The translations under genes and the position numbers were made by a program. A stretch of DNA of 64,000 nucleotides from Eledone cirrhosa (taxonomy: Eukaryota): contig OZ024754.1 in the NCBI GenBank assembly GCA_964016885.1, forward strand, positions 35,588,001-35,652,000. Direction: 5' to 3'. Shown here piece after piece: positions 44,674 to 58,496 of the stretch. The notes under the pieces are model-generated. The model saw only the letters and a list, made by a program, of their open reading frames with translations. It ran no database searches and was not told the origin of the DNA. The first letter of the stretch is position 1. The number at the start of each line of letters is the position of its first letter.

Positions 44674-47600
44674 ACTACTACACTACACTACATTACACTA
44701 TACTACACTACATTACATTACACTACACTACACTACACTACATTACATTACACTACACTACACTACATTACATTTCACTACACTACACTACATTACATTA
44801 CACTACACTACATTACATTACACTACATTACATTACACTACACTACACTACACTACATTACATTACACTACACTACACTACATTACACTATACTACACTA
44901 CATTACATTACACTACACTACACTACATTACATTACACTACACTACACTACATTACACTACACTACATTACATTACACTACACTACACTACACTACATTA
45001 CACTATACTACACTACATTACATTACACTACACTACACTACATTACATTACACTATACTACACTACATTACATTACACTATACTACACTACATTACATTA
45101 CACTACACTACACTACATTACACTATACTACACTACACTACATTACACTACACTACATTACATTACACTACACTACACTACACTACATTACATTACACTA
45201 CACTACACTACATTACACTATACTACACTACATTACATTACACTACACTACACTACATTACATTACATTACACTACACTACATTACATTACACTACACTA
45301 CACTACACTACACTACATTACACTATACTACACTACATTACATTACACTACACTACACTACATTACACTACATTACACTACACTACACTACATTACATTA
45401 CACTACACTACATTACACTACACTACACTACATTACACTATACTACACTACATTACATTACACTACACTACACTACACTACACTACACTACACTACACTA
45501 CACTATACTACACTACATTACATTACACTACACTACACTACACTACACTACATTACATTACACTACACTACACTACATTACATTACACTACACTACACTA
45601 CATTACACTACACTACACTACATTACATTACACTACACTACACTACATTACATTACACTACACTACACTACATTACACTATACTACACTACATTACATTA
45701 CACTATACTACACTACATTACATTACACTACACTACACTACACTACATTACATTACACTACACTACACTACATTACACTATACTACACTACATTACATTA
45801 CACTACACTACACTACATTACATTACATTACACTACACTACATTACATTACACTACACTACACTACATTACACTATACTACACTACATTACATTACACTA
45901 CACTACACTACACTACATTACATTACACTACACTACACTACATTACATTACACTACACTACACTACACTACATTACATTACACTACACTACACTACATTA
46001 CACTACACTACATTACACTACATTACACTACACTACACTACACTACACTATACTACACTACATTACATTACACTACACTACACTACACTACACTACACTA
46101 CACTACACTACACTACACTACACTACACTACACTACACTACACTACACTACATTACATTACACTAAACTACACTACACTACACTGCACTACACTAGACTA
46201 CACTACATTACACTATACTACACTACATTACATTGCACTACACTACACTACACTACACTACACTACACTACACTACACTACACTAGACTACACTACACTA
46301 CATTACATTACACTACACTACATTACATTACACTACACTACACTACATTACGCTACACTACATTACATTACATTACACTACACTACATTACATTACGCTA
46401 CACTACATTACACTACACTACACTACACTACACTACACTACACTACACTACACTACACTACACTACATTACATTACACTACACTACACTACATTACGCTA
46501 CACTACATTACATTACACTACAATACTCTACACTACATTACATTACACTACACTACATTACATTACACTACACTACACTACATTACGCTACACTACATTA
46601 CATTACACTACAATACTCTACACTACATTACATTACACTACACTACATTACATTACACTACACTACATTACACTACATTACATTACTCTACACTACACTA
46701 CACTACACTACGCTACACTACACTACATTACATTACACTACACTACACTACACTACACTACATTACATTACACTACACTACACTACACTACATTACATTA
46801 CGCTACACTCCACTCCACTCCAATACACTACACTACACTACACTACACTACACTACACTACACTACACTACACTACACTACACTACACTACATTACACTA
46901 CACTACACTACACTACTCTACACTACATTACACTACACTACACTATATTACACTACACTACACTACACAACATTACACTACACAACACTACATTACATTA
47001 CACTACACTACACTACACTACACTACACTACACTACACTACACTACACTACACTACACTACACTACATTACATTACACTACACTACACTACACTACATTA
47101 CATTACACTACACTACACTACATTACATTACACTATACTACACTACATTACGCTACACTACACTACATTACATTACACTACACTATTCTACACTACACTA
47201 CACTACACTACACTACATTACACTACACTACACTACACTACACTACACTATACTACACTACACTACATTACGCTACACTACACTACACTACACTACACTA
47301 CATTTCATTAGTGTACACTACATTACATTACACTACACTACTCTTCACTACACTATACTACACTACACTACATTACGCTACACTACACTACACTACACTA
47401 CACTATACTACACTACACTACATTACGCTACACTACACTACACTACACTACACTACACTACACTACACTACACTACACTACACTACACTACATTACATTA
47501 CAGTACACTACATTACACTACACTCCACTCCACTCCACTACACTACACTACACTACACTACACTACACTACCCTACACTACACTACATTAAGCTACACTA

Positions 47601-47773
47601 CACTACATACACTACATACACTACATTACACTATACTACACTACATTCCATTACACTACACTACACTACACTACACTACACTACACTACACTACACTACA
47701 CTACACTACACTACACTACACTACATTTCATTACACTACACTACACTACACTACACTACACTACACTACACTA
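44674..47773. repeat. 3.1-kb pentanucleotide satellite (ACACT/ACATT)n
   Basis: Direct inspection; explains the HYTTL ORFs. Confidence 0.98.
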
Positions 47774-47794
47774 TAAACCCAATTTTTATGGTAA

Positions 47795-49022
47795 ACTAGC
47801 AGTGGTACCCGGCGTTGCACAAGATAAGGTATTTTGGAACGCGGACCGCCAACAGACCTAATCGTGGAAAAATTGCATGCCTGGACAATATGTAAAGAAT
47901 ATATACTGATGGCTGGATAATCTTTAAGATTTTCCTCGATGAAGCAGGAAAAATGCAGATTTTCACCTAATGCAGGCTCTAGGGGATCAAGAAAATGAAT
48001 TTTTTTATGTGCATAATATGCCTTGAAATTTCGGGAAAATCGGCTAGACGTAACGCCTCCAAAAAGCCCTAACAAGCTGAAAAAAAATGAAGTTTTTGAC
48101 CCAATGCGGGCCCTAGGCTCACGGTATGAAGAAGAGACTGACTAATACATAGTTACAATTTTAAGGAAATCGGTCTGACGTAACGCCTAAAAAAACAATA
48201 AAAAGCTTTAAAATGCAGTTTTTCACCTAATGCGGGGCCTAGGATATGAAAAAGTTAATTTTTTTATGTGCATAACACTCCCTGAAATATAAGTAATACA
48301 CATGTAACTTTTGAAAAATATCGGTTGGATACTTCTCGAGTTTTAGGGATTCAAACTCAGACACACACACACACACGCGCGCGCGCGCGCGCGAACACAG
48401 ACATCCTCAGGGAAGTGACGTTATGCAGGCAGCCAGACATACAGACAGATATTATAAGGGCGCGACGTTATATGTATGTATCTATCTAAAAAGAGAAAGA
48501 CTAAGAATTATAGAGAGAGATCGCTAAATCGCTTAATGTGGTCCCTAGGGCATTGAAAACTTGAAATTCTTTTCTCTCAGAACACTCCCTGAAACATAAG
48601 TATTACATGTGTAAAGTTTGAAAACAGTCGGTTGGGTGGTTCTCGAGTTTTAGGGATTCAAACTCACACACACAGAGACAGACATCCTCAGTTTTATATA
48701 TATATACTAGCAGAAAATCACCCATGGGCGGTTTTCTGCTAGTCTATATATCTAAAACAGAGAATGTCTGTCTGTCTGTCAGCTCACTAAAACTTGAGAA
48801 CCATCCAACCGATTGTTTTCAAACTTTAGACATGTAATACTTATGGTCCTGTGAGTGTTTTGAGCAAAGATTATTTCAAATTTTCAATGCTCTAGGGACC
48901 GCATTAGGCGATTTAGCGTTCTCTCTATATCATTCTTAGTCTTTCTTTTTAGATAGATACATAGATATAATGTTGCGCCCTTATAATATCTGTATGTCTG
49001 GCTGTCTGCATTACGTCATTAT
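47795..49022. mobile_element. Cluster of Helentron-associated (HINE/DINE-1-like) non-autonomous elements
   Basis: Start ACTAGCAGTGGTACCCGGCGTTGCAC; internal (CA)n/(GACA)n; end CAGTTTTATATATATATACTAG; 48411-48705 and 48744-49022 are inverted homologues. Confidence 0.6.
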
Positions 49023-49450
49023 GACACGCTCAGTGTGTGTGTGTATATATATATGTATCGTAATGCAGACAGCAAGACATAGCTTTCCTTCCCCTCTTTC
49101 CAGCGTCTCTCTCTCTCCCTCCCGCTATCCCCCTCTTGTAGTCTGTCTCTTTCCTTCACTCTCACTCTCTCTCTCTACGCGTCGGACAGACAGACAGAGA
49201 AATTGCTGGTTATATATTATAAGGAGATGACACTTGCCCAAGATACCAAGCAGGGGGATTGAATACGGAATCTCATGATTGCATGGCAAATTCCTTAACC
49301 ATACCGCCATGTTACCATCATAATTGTCCGTTAAACCATTAATAAACTGTACAGTGATTCTATTGTAAATTCACTATTCTTACCAAACTAGATTTTTTGT
49401 TTAGTATAAATATATTTTATTGCGTCAAAAGTTCATATTATATATATTTA

Positions 49451-49636
49451 GCGGTGGTGGATTGGCAGTATTGGTAGAGGGTCGGACGCCATGCTTTCCA
49501 GCATAGTTACGTCCCTTTACGATCTGAGTTCAAATCCCGCCGAGGTTGACTTTGCCTTTCATCCTTACGATAAAATAAAGTACCAGTAATGCACTGGGTA
49601 ATTGCTGGCCTTGTGCCTAAAGTAGAAACAATTATA
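49451..49636 (+). mobile_element. SINE family A
   Basis: Full motif set with a small internal deletion. Confidence 0.9.
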
Positions 49637-49764
49637 TATATTTACAAACAGGAAGAGGGAGAAAAATTTAAAAAAATGCTGTGGAGAAAATATGTGTATG
49701 TGTATACATACATATATATACATATGTGTGTGTGTGTGTGTGTGCGTGTAAGTATGTCTAATGT

Positions 49765-50049
49765 CTAAAGTCTGTATTAAGCCAGAAGCCAGAAGGTTCA
49801 TTTGGCCGATGCATATTCCGGTTTCATGGCGTGAAGCGACTGAGAGGACAAGACTCCCCCCTGGACAGGACGCCAGTCCATCGCAGGGTTAAACCCCCAG
49901 CTATTGCTGGTACTCAGGTTCAGCTGAGTATACTGGAGTAACGTGAAAAGAAGTGTTTTTGCTCAAGAACACAACACGCAACCCAGGAATCGAACCCACG
50001 ACATTATGATCGTAAGTCCAACACCCTTACCACTGGGCCACGTGCCTTC
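49765..50049 (-). mobile_element. SINE family B
   Basis: Homologous to 38376-38676. Confidence 0.85.
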
Positions 50050-50395
50050 ATGTATAAATATGTATTATGTATGTATGTATGTGTATATGTATGTTTTAAG
50101 AGAAATAGGGAAAGAGAGTGAATGAGTGGGAGTCTTTGTGTGTTTGGGATTGCCAGAGTTAAGCCTTTCATTTCACCCGACTCCACTTCTCTAATCTGGT
50201 AAAACGCAGACGCTGAATCATGCTGAATCTTCCTGAGAATTAGGTTAAGAGCGTGCCAGAGGAATGCTCAGTCATTTGCACGTTCATTTCATGAGTAAGC
50301 TCTTCCGATGATCAAACAACAGGCATGCTCGTCGGTGTAACCGGTGGAGGTCCAACACACCTGAAGGTGAGTGAAATGAGAGTCAGTGTGATGGA

Positions 50396-50545
50396 ATGAG
50401 TGAATTGAGGGCTCTAATATTTGCCTTAAAGGCAGAGCATAGAGATTCAGAGATTGCTCGCTCCCTAAAAGTTACCTGGTCGTTTGCTGCCAAAGTTCGT
50501 AAAGAGATGGAAGCCGCTGACAGGGTTTCTGTAGCAGCTGTTAAA
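50396..50545 (+). pseudogene. Probable Tc1/mariner-superfamily transposase N-terminal HTH fragment
   Basis: RALIFALKAEHRDSEIARSLKVTWSFAAKVRKEM resembles a transposase helix-turn-helix; interrupted by the RTE insertion. Confidence 0.45.
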
Positions 50546-50878
50546 CATCATCATCCGGCGGCCTCAGCTGAAATCGACTCAACAATTGATCTTCACGTGG
50601 GTCTGTCGTTCATTGCGGTTGCCAAATCCTGGATTTCAATACCAGAATCTCTGGAGATGACATCGTGATGGAGAGCTTGCGCCCCCTGTTATTAGCGACT
50701 GTTTGTGGTTTCCAAGGCACAAATGGGAACACAGCCTCAGAGGTGATATCAAACAAGTCGAGGTTTTCAAATATCTTGGGTCCTGCATCATGGACTCTGA
50801 GAAGGATTTTGCCACCAGAAAGGCCCAAGTATAGTCAGCTTGCAACAAGATGGATCGAATTTGGCGCTGTCAAATATA
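50546..50878. mobile_element. RTE-like LINE insertion with 5' inversion
   Basis: 50546-50716 on minus reads WKP…RGRK…DVISRDSGIEIQDLATAMNDR plus a (TGA)n tail; 50717-50875 on plus reads IKQVEVFKYLGSCIMDSEKDFATRKAQV*SACNKMDRIW. Confidence 0.8.
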
Positions 50879-51350
50879 AAACGCATGTTAAGGGTGCTAA
50901 TATACCAGAACACTTACATTTTTACGGAGAGTGAAGGAAATTATCAATAAGTACCCCAGAAAGTCAATTAGTACCATTACTTAGTAGCTCAGGTTATCGG
51001 GAAAATTGTGCTTGAGGACCTTTGATAAAAGTTATATATAATGCGCAGAGGCCAATTCATGTCGACAAAGACAAAAGATAACCGTATGATGCGCCTCAAA
51101 CGCTCGTTGAACAAGTTGAAATATCAAGTGCCTTATGCATGTATGTATGTATGTATGTATGTATGTATGTATGTATGTATGTATGTATGTATGTATGTAT
51201 GTATGTAGGTAGGTATGTATGTATGTATGTATGAATGTGTCTATGTATGTATGCAAGCATGCATGTATGTATATATATATATATATGTATTTATGTATAC
51301 ATACATATATATATATGTGAGAAAAACCACAGACCCTCCATCTCAACTCA

Positions 51351-51388
51351 CCTTTTGAAAAGCAGAAGAACTGCGAAACCGGTAAAGG
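51351..51388 (+). ncRNA. Minimal type-I hammerhead ribozyme, U3-A8 core variant
   Basis: CCTT TTGAAAA GCAG aagaa CTGC GAAA CCGG TA AAGG; palindromic stem III, GUA cleavage triplet. Confidence 0.75.
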
Positions 51389-51459
51389 AACCAAATAAAT
51401 ATATATATATTTTTTTTAAAAATAAGACTTCAGTTGCATTTTCGATTTCATCTCTTTTT

Positions 51460-51542
<83 letters not shown>

Positions 51543-51727
51543 CGAAGGAAATGTGGTAAGGAACCAGGTGGACCATAACGCACCAAAGTACTCAATACTT
51601 AGGGTAGTAGAGAGGGTAATAGGAACAAGTAAGACCCCGACGGCTGAGCTCAAGCCGTTTCGACGGCTAATTCTGGAATTAGCCGTCGAAACGGCTTGAG
51701 CTCAGCCGTCGGGGTCTTACTTGTTCC

Positions 51728-51760
<33 letters not shown>

Positions 51761-51878
51761 ATGTATATAAATTTAATGCGATGAAATATCAATGATGGTT
51801 GGCAAATCACTGACGAGGGACTAATTTTATCATATGTAACCCATGTGCAGCCACGCAGTATTCTTCTTTCTTCTCATG

Positions 51879-51942
<64 letters not shown>

Positions 51943-51986
51943 CAGAATAATAATAAATGAAGTCATTCACATAATCAAAATATATG

Positions 51987-52050
51987 TTTTATTATATATA
52001 TTTCGAAGGTACTGTGCTGTTTTTTTTCTGTACGTCCTCGTCAGATAAAA
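51987..52050 (-). ncRNA. Type-I hammerhead
   Basis: Reverse complement: TTTTAT CTGACGA ggacgtac…gtaccttc GAAA TATATA TA ATAAAA. Confidence 0.7.
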
Positions 52051-52138
52051 TACATGAATTGATGTATGACATACCTCAACGGTCTTGAAAGTTCAATTCC
52101 AGTATTGGCAGTGATTTATTACAATAAATCTCAACATT

Positions 52139-52204
<66 letters not shown>

Positions 52205-52529
52205 TGTGTGTGTGTGTATGTTTATATATATGTATATATAATCTGTGTTTGTGTGTAGTACGTATGCAGACACAGCAGATCGAAAGCCAAATTATATTTC
52301 TCGTTCAGCTGAAGAGAGTAAGTTATCTGTGTCTGACAGGAAGTGAGTATTTACAGAGATTGAGTGAGAGGAAGGGGGGGGATGGAGAAGGGGTGGAGGA
52401 GGGGATGGTGTGGATGGGGAGAGGGGTGGGCGGGGGGTGGAATAGAGAATATGAAGAAATGGAAAGGGAGAGAGACAGAGAAAGATGAAGGACAGTATAT
52501 GAGGGAAAAGAATCAAAAGTATTGAATAG

Positions 52530-52791
52530 GATGATGGTGATGGTGATGATGGTGGTGATGGTGTTGGTGATGATGGTGGTGGTGATGATGGTGATGGTGG
52601 TGGTGATGATGGTGATGGTGATGGTGGTGATGGTGGTGATGGTGATAATGGTGGTGGTGATGGTGGTGGTGATGATGGTGATGGTGGTGGTGATGATGGT
52701 GATGGTGATGGTGATGATGATGATGATGGTTGTGATGATGATGATGATTATAATGATGGTGGTGATGGTGATGGCGATAATGATGGTGCTG

Positions 52792-52823
<32 letters not shown>

Positions 52824-52905
52824 GATGATGATGATGGTGATGGTGGTGATGATGATGATGATGATGGTGGTGGTGATGGTGGTGTTGGTTGTGATGATGA
52901 TGATG
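52530..52905. repeat. (GAT/GGT)n microsatellite
   Basis: Direct inspection. Confidence 0.95.
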
Positions 52906-52988
52906 ACAGCACCACAAAACTAGTTTGATTAGTATTTTTGGCTATCGGCCTGTAGCTGTGTGAGAGGATTAATTGTAAGGGTTTCTTT

Positions 52989-54263
52989 TGTGTGTCTGTG
53001 TATGTATGTATGTGTATGTGTGTGTGTGTGTATGTGTGTGTATGTGTGTGTATGTGTGTGAGTGAGTTTATGTGTGTGTCTGTGTGTGTATGTATGTGTA
53101 TGTGTGTGTGTGTGTCTGTGTGTGTGCATGTGGGAGTTTATGTGTGTGTCTGTGGGTGTGTGTATGTGTATGTATGTGTGTATGTGTGTGTGTGTGTGTG
53201 TGTGTGTTTATGTGTGTGTCTGTGGGTGTGTGTGTGTGTGTATGTGGGTGTGTATGCGTTTGTTTAAGTGTGAGTTTATGCGTGTATGTGGGTGTGTGTA
53301 TGTGTGTGTCTTTGTGCCTGTGTGTGTGTGCATGTGCGAGTTTATGTGTGTGTCTGTGGGTGGGTGTATGTGTGTGTATGTGTGTGTGTATGCGTTTGTG
53401 TAAGTGTGAGTTTATGTGTGTATGTGGGTGTGTGTATGTGTGTGTATGTGTGTGTATGTGTGTGTGTATGCGTTTGTGTAAGTGTGTGTTTATGTGTGTG
53501 GCTGTGTGTGTGTGTGTGTGTATGTCAGTTTATGTGTGTGTCTGTATGTCTGTGTGTATGCGTTTGTGTAAGTGTGAGTTTATGTGTGTCTGTGTGTGTA
53601 TGTCAGTTTATGTGTGTGTCTGTATGTCTGTGTGTATGCGTTTGTGTATGTGTGAGTTTATGTGCGTGTCTATGGGTGTGCGTATGTGTGTGTTTGTGTG
53701 TGTTTATGTGTGTGTCTGTGGGTGTGTGTATGTGTGTGTGGGTGTGTGCGTGTGTGTATCTGCGTTTGTGTGATTTTATCTGTGTGTGTGTGGGTGTGTG
53801 TATGTATGTGTGTATGTGTTTGTGTATATGTGAGTTTATGTGTGTGTTTGTGGATGTGTATGCATGTGTTTGTGTATGTATGAGTTTATGCTTGTATCTA
53901 TGCATGTGTGTGTATGTGTGTGTGTATGTGTGAGTTTATATGTGTGTCTGTGGGTGTGTGCGTGTGTGTCTGTATGTATGTGTATGAGTGTTTATGTGTG
54001 TGTCTGTGTGTGTGTGTATGTGTGTGTATGAGTGTTTATGTGTGTGTCTGTGTGTGTGTGTGTATATGTGTGTATGAGTGTTTATGTGTGTATCTGTGTG
54101 TGTGTGTATGTGTGTGTATGAGTGTTTATGTGTGTGTCTATGGGTGTGTGTATGTGTGTGTATGAGTGTTTATGTGTGTGTCTGTGTGTGTGTGTATGTG
54201 TGTATCAGTGTTTATGTGTGTGTCTGTGTGTGTGTGTATGTGTGTGTATGAGTGTTTATGTGT

Positions 54264-54295
<32 letters not shown>

Positions 54296-54752
54296 ATGAG
54301 TGTTTATGTGTGTGTCTGTGTGTGTGTGTGTATGTGTGTGTATGAGTGTTTATGTGTGTGTGTATGTGTGTATGAGTGTTTATGTGTGTGTTTGTGTGTG
54401 TGTATGTGTGTATGAGTGTTTATGTGTGTGTCTGTGTGTGTGTGTATGTGTGTGTATGAGTGTTTATGTGTGTGTCTGTGTGTGTGTGTATGTGTGTGTA
54501 TGAGTGTGTCTGTGTGTGTATGTGTGTATGAGTGTTTATGTGTGTGTCTGTGTGTGTGTGTATGTGTGTATGAGTGTTTATGTGTGTGTCTGTGTGTGTG
54601 TGTATGTGTGTATGAGTGTTTATGTGTGTGTCTGTGTGTGTGTGTGTATGTGTGTGTATGAGTGTTTATGTGTGTGTCTGTGTGTGTGTGTATGTGTGTA
54701 TGAGTGTTTATGTGTGTGTCTGTGTGTGTGTGTATGTGTGTATGAGTGTTTA

Positions 54753-54784
<32 letters not shown>

Positions 54785-54838
54785 TATGAGTGTTTATGTG
54801 TGTGTCTGTGTGTGTGTGTATGTGTGTATGAGTGTTTA

Positions 54839-54870
<32 letters not shown>

Positions 54871-54892
54871 TATGAGTGTTTATGTGTGTGTT
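52989..54892. repeat. (TG)n-derived satellite, becoming a regular about 40-46 bp GAGTGTTTATGTG unit after 53980
   Basis: Direct inspection. Confidence 0.93.
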
Positions 54893-55017
54893 TCTGATAT
54901 TTTTACAATCTGTTGTAAGAAACAAATACAGTGTGTGGGGTGGGGGTGTAGACTTCGAGCAATGTGGGCGGTGGGGGAGAGGGCTCGGTGGAGTTAAATA
55001 GCAAGAGAGAAAGGTGG

Positions 55018-55018
55018 T

Positions 55019-55052
<34 letters not shown>

Positions 55053-55307
55053 TAGCAGCAGCAGCAGCAGCAGAAGCAGCGACAACAGCTGCAGCAACAG
55101 CAGGAACATCAACAGCAGCAGCTGCAGCAGCAACAGAAGCAGCAGCAACAGCAGCAACAGCAGCAGCAACAGCAGGTGCAACAACATGAGCAACAACAGC
55201 AACAACAGCAGCAGCAGCAACAATACCAGCAGTAGCAACAACAGGAACTGCAGCAGTAACAGCAGCAGGAGTAACAACAGGAGTAACAACAACAGCAGCA
55301 ACAACAA

Positions 55308-55348
<41 letters not shown>

Positions 55349-55676
55349 GCAACAACAGCAGCAGTAACAACAGCAGCAGCAACAACAACAGCGGCAACGA
55401 CAGCAACAGCAGCAACAACAACAACAGCAGCAACAATAGCAACAGCAGCAACAACAACAGCAACACAACAGCAGCAGCAACAACAGCAGCAGCAACAACA
55501 CAGCAGCAACAACAGCAGCAACAACAACAGCAACACAACAGCAGCAGCAGCAACAGCAACAACAACACAGCAGCAACAACAGCAGCAACAACAACAAAAG
55601 CAACACAACAGCAGCAGCAGCAGCAACAACAACACAGCAGCAACAACAACAACAGCAACAACAACAGCACCACCAC

Positions 55677-55711
<35 letters not shown>

Positions 55712-55925
55712 CCACCACCAACAACAACAACAGCAACAACAGCAACAACAGCAACAACAACAGCAACAGCAACAACAACAACAACAGCAACAGCAACAAC
55801 AACAACAGCAGCAACAACAGCAACAACAACAACAGCAACAACAACAACAACAACAACAACAACGCCAGCAGTAGCAGTAGCAGCAGCAGCAGCAGCAGCA
55901 GTAACAACAGCATCAGCAGCAGCAG
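55018..55925. repeat. (CAG/CAA)n trinucleotide block
   Basis: Direct inspection. Confidence 0.93.
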
Positions 55926-56143
55926 TGTTGTGAGAAAGAGGTGGGTATCAGGGACGGCGCTACCACTAAAGCCACCAGGACACCACATAACCTTCGACGA
56001 TGACAGTCTTATACAGATTTGCATAACATAAAGTTTTGTCTAAAGATTACTACGTTAATTACTCTGTCTATCTACACCCTCTCTTTCTCTCTCTCTCTCT
56101 CTTTCTCACTTTCTCTCTCTCTCTCCTTCTCCCTTTCTCTCTC

Positions 56144-56190
<47 letters not shown>

Positions 56191-56281
56191 TAAAATAACA
56201 GATTAAAGTTTAAGCAAAGAATCGCTGCTTTCACCCTTAACGGGATCTTCTGAAACTAACAAAGTCAATCTGTAAACGCAG

Positions 56282-56322
<41 letters not shown>

Positions 56323-56348
56323 GTATAATAAACAATACAATATAATTA

Positions 56349-56416
56349 CCTCATTACCAGAGGTTTCCCGAATAAGACGAATACGAAAAACGTCCTCATT
56401 CGTTCATCGGACAAGG
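56349..56416 (-). ncRNA. Type-I hammerhead, U4C core variant
   Basis: Reverse complement: CCTTGT CCGATGA aCGAATGAGGACG tttttcgtatt CGTCTTATTCGg GAAAC ctctg GTA ATGAGG. Confidence 0.68.
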
Positions 56417-56659
56417 CCATTATACATTAAATTTACCTCTGGTACTTACATAGAGCACTCTTCACTCCTATGACTTTTTCAATTTTCAACGGAAACTTCA
56501 ATACCTATATATATATATTTAAAGGTTAAACAAGGTTCAATGAATAAATCAAAAAATTAGTTTTACAATAGATTGGAAGCACTCAACAGTTATGGTTTTC
56601 CGGAGTTATTAATAGTCATTCAAAATATTAACAAAAATAGACTTCATTGTGATCAAGCA

Positions 56660-56726
56660 TATTTTATTATACATATTTCAGAGGTACTGAGCTAACTTCA
56701 ACAGTACGTCCTCATCAGATAAAATA
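56660..56726 (-). ncRNA. Type-I hammerhead
   Basis: Reverse complement: TATTTTAT CTGATGA ggacGTACTG ttgaagttagct CAGTACctct GAAA tatgta TA ATAAAATA. Confidence 0.72.
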
Positions 56727-56913
56727 AGATGATGCATGACATACCCTGACATAGTAGATGGTTAAGATCCAGTCATGGTAGTGAGTAAGATATGACAAAA
56801 CTCAATATTTATATACCTTAAGATTGATACATGAAAAAAAGTACCTCTGAAATATGTATAATAAAATATACTTGATCACTATGAAGTTCTATTTTTGTTA
56901 ATATTTTGAATGA

Positions 56914-56968
<55 letters not shown>

Positions 56969-56975
56969 TGAGTGA

Positions 56976-57010
<35 letters not shown>

Positions 57011-57120
57011 CATTTTATTAAGGCTACTCAGGAGTTTCGCCTGTTTATCACAGAATCATCAGACAAGAACACTTTACTTCGGTATTGCGTACTCTTTTCT
57101 CTCACTTGTCAATCATATAC

Positions 57121-57173
<53 letters not shown>

Positions 57174-57295
57174 TATGGCACCGGTCTCTTCGAGACGCAG
57201 GGCATGGCAGCGATGATGTGGGACAGAGAACTCGTCCACCGATCTCGGGAATTTTACCCGCCCTAGATAGATAGATATATATAAACCTAAAATCT

Positions 57296-57577
57296 AAAAT
57301 CTGTCATAAGCCAGAAGCCAGAAGGCTCATTTGGCCGGTGCTTATCCCGGTTTCATGGCGTGAAACTTCTGAAAGTACAAGACAGCCCCCTGGACAGGAC
57401 GCTAGTCCATCGCAGGGTTAAACCTCCAGCTATTACTGGTACTCATTTTCGGCTGAGTATACTGGAGCAACGTGAAATGAAGTGTTTTGTCCAAGAACAC
57501 AACAGGCAACCGAGGCATCGAACCCACGACATTATGATCGTAACTCCAACACCATTACCACTAGGCCACGTACCTCC
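57296..57577 (-). mobile_element. SINE family B
   Basis: Homologous to 38376-38676. Confidence 0.85.
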
Positions 57578-57711
57578 ACTTATATATATACATACATACA
57601 TATATATATATATATGTATGTATGTATGTGTGTGTGTGTGTGTGTCCATGTATGTATATATATATATATATAATATATAAGATCAAAAGATGGTTAAAAG
57701 AGTTCCATGTA

Positions 57712-57778
57712 TTTTATTATGCGCATTTCAAAAACAAACATCATCATGCAATAATATTTGTGTTTTCATCAGATAAAA
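57712..57778 (-). ncRNA. Type-I hammerhead (TGCGCA family), left arm of hairpin
   Basis: Reverse complement of the motif at 57891-57957. Confidence 0.75.
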
Positions 57779-57890
57779 CAGGAGAACATGATATGAAGGC
57801 TAAAAAACACTTGTGGATAGTGCAGTTTTAAATCAACATAAAACTGCACTATCCACAAGTGTTTTTTAGCCTTCATATCATGTTCTCCTG

Positions 57891-57957
57891 TTTTATCTGA
57901 TGAAAACACAAATATTATTGCATGATGATGTTTGTTTTTGAAATGCGCATAATAAAA
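57891..57957 (+). ncRNA. Type-I hammerhead (TGCGCA family), right arm of hairpin
   Basis: TTTTAT CTGATGA aaacacaaatattattgcatgatgatgtttgttttt GAAA TGCGCA TA ATAAAA. Confidence 0.78.
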
Positions 57958-58085
57958 TACATGGAACTCCTTTAACCATCTTTTGATCTTATATATTATG
58001 TATACTCCAGTCCTACAAACTGTAGAGTGCTTCTTATCCGATATCTGCATTGCTTTATTGTACTACAATAAAACTCACCTCCTAC

Positions 58086-58126
<41 letters not shown>

Positions 58127-58421
58127 ATATGGAGGGGGTGTACATACGCTACGCACACACACACACATACACACGCACATACACACACACCCACACACAG
58201 ACCCCTTCCCACACACACACCCACATACCCACACACAGACACACACGCACACACAGACACACAAATGCACACACAAAACATTTTCTTGGCAATTCTTTTA
58301 CTTCAGTTTGGCTCCAGTTACGTCAGCAGCGTCTTTATGTAACCAACACTATTTTTAACACGGCTTTCCTGCCTCGCTGCTTGTCACTGTTAGACTGAGA
58401 AACGTCGATCTATATCCGGGG

Positions 58422-58496
<75 letters not shown>

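Larger units (their letters stand above)
57670..58090. mobile_element. PLE-type terminal fragment with about 160-bp inverted duplication (fold-back), in (TA)n
   Basis: Arms 57670-57830 and 57839-57999, loop AATCAACA. Other family members: 22535-23061, 40884-41161, 59397-60040. Confidence 0.75.

Noticed and set aside
44663-47311. 882-aa ORF (HYTTL repeats)
   Set aside because: Stop-free translation of a pentanucleotide satellite; no unique sequence.
54903-56031. PolyQ/N/S ORFs over (CAG/CAA)n
   Set aside because: No recognisable domain and frames shift within the tract; cannot be supported as an exon, though not strictly excluded.
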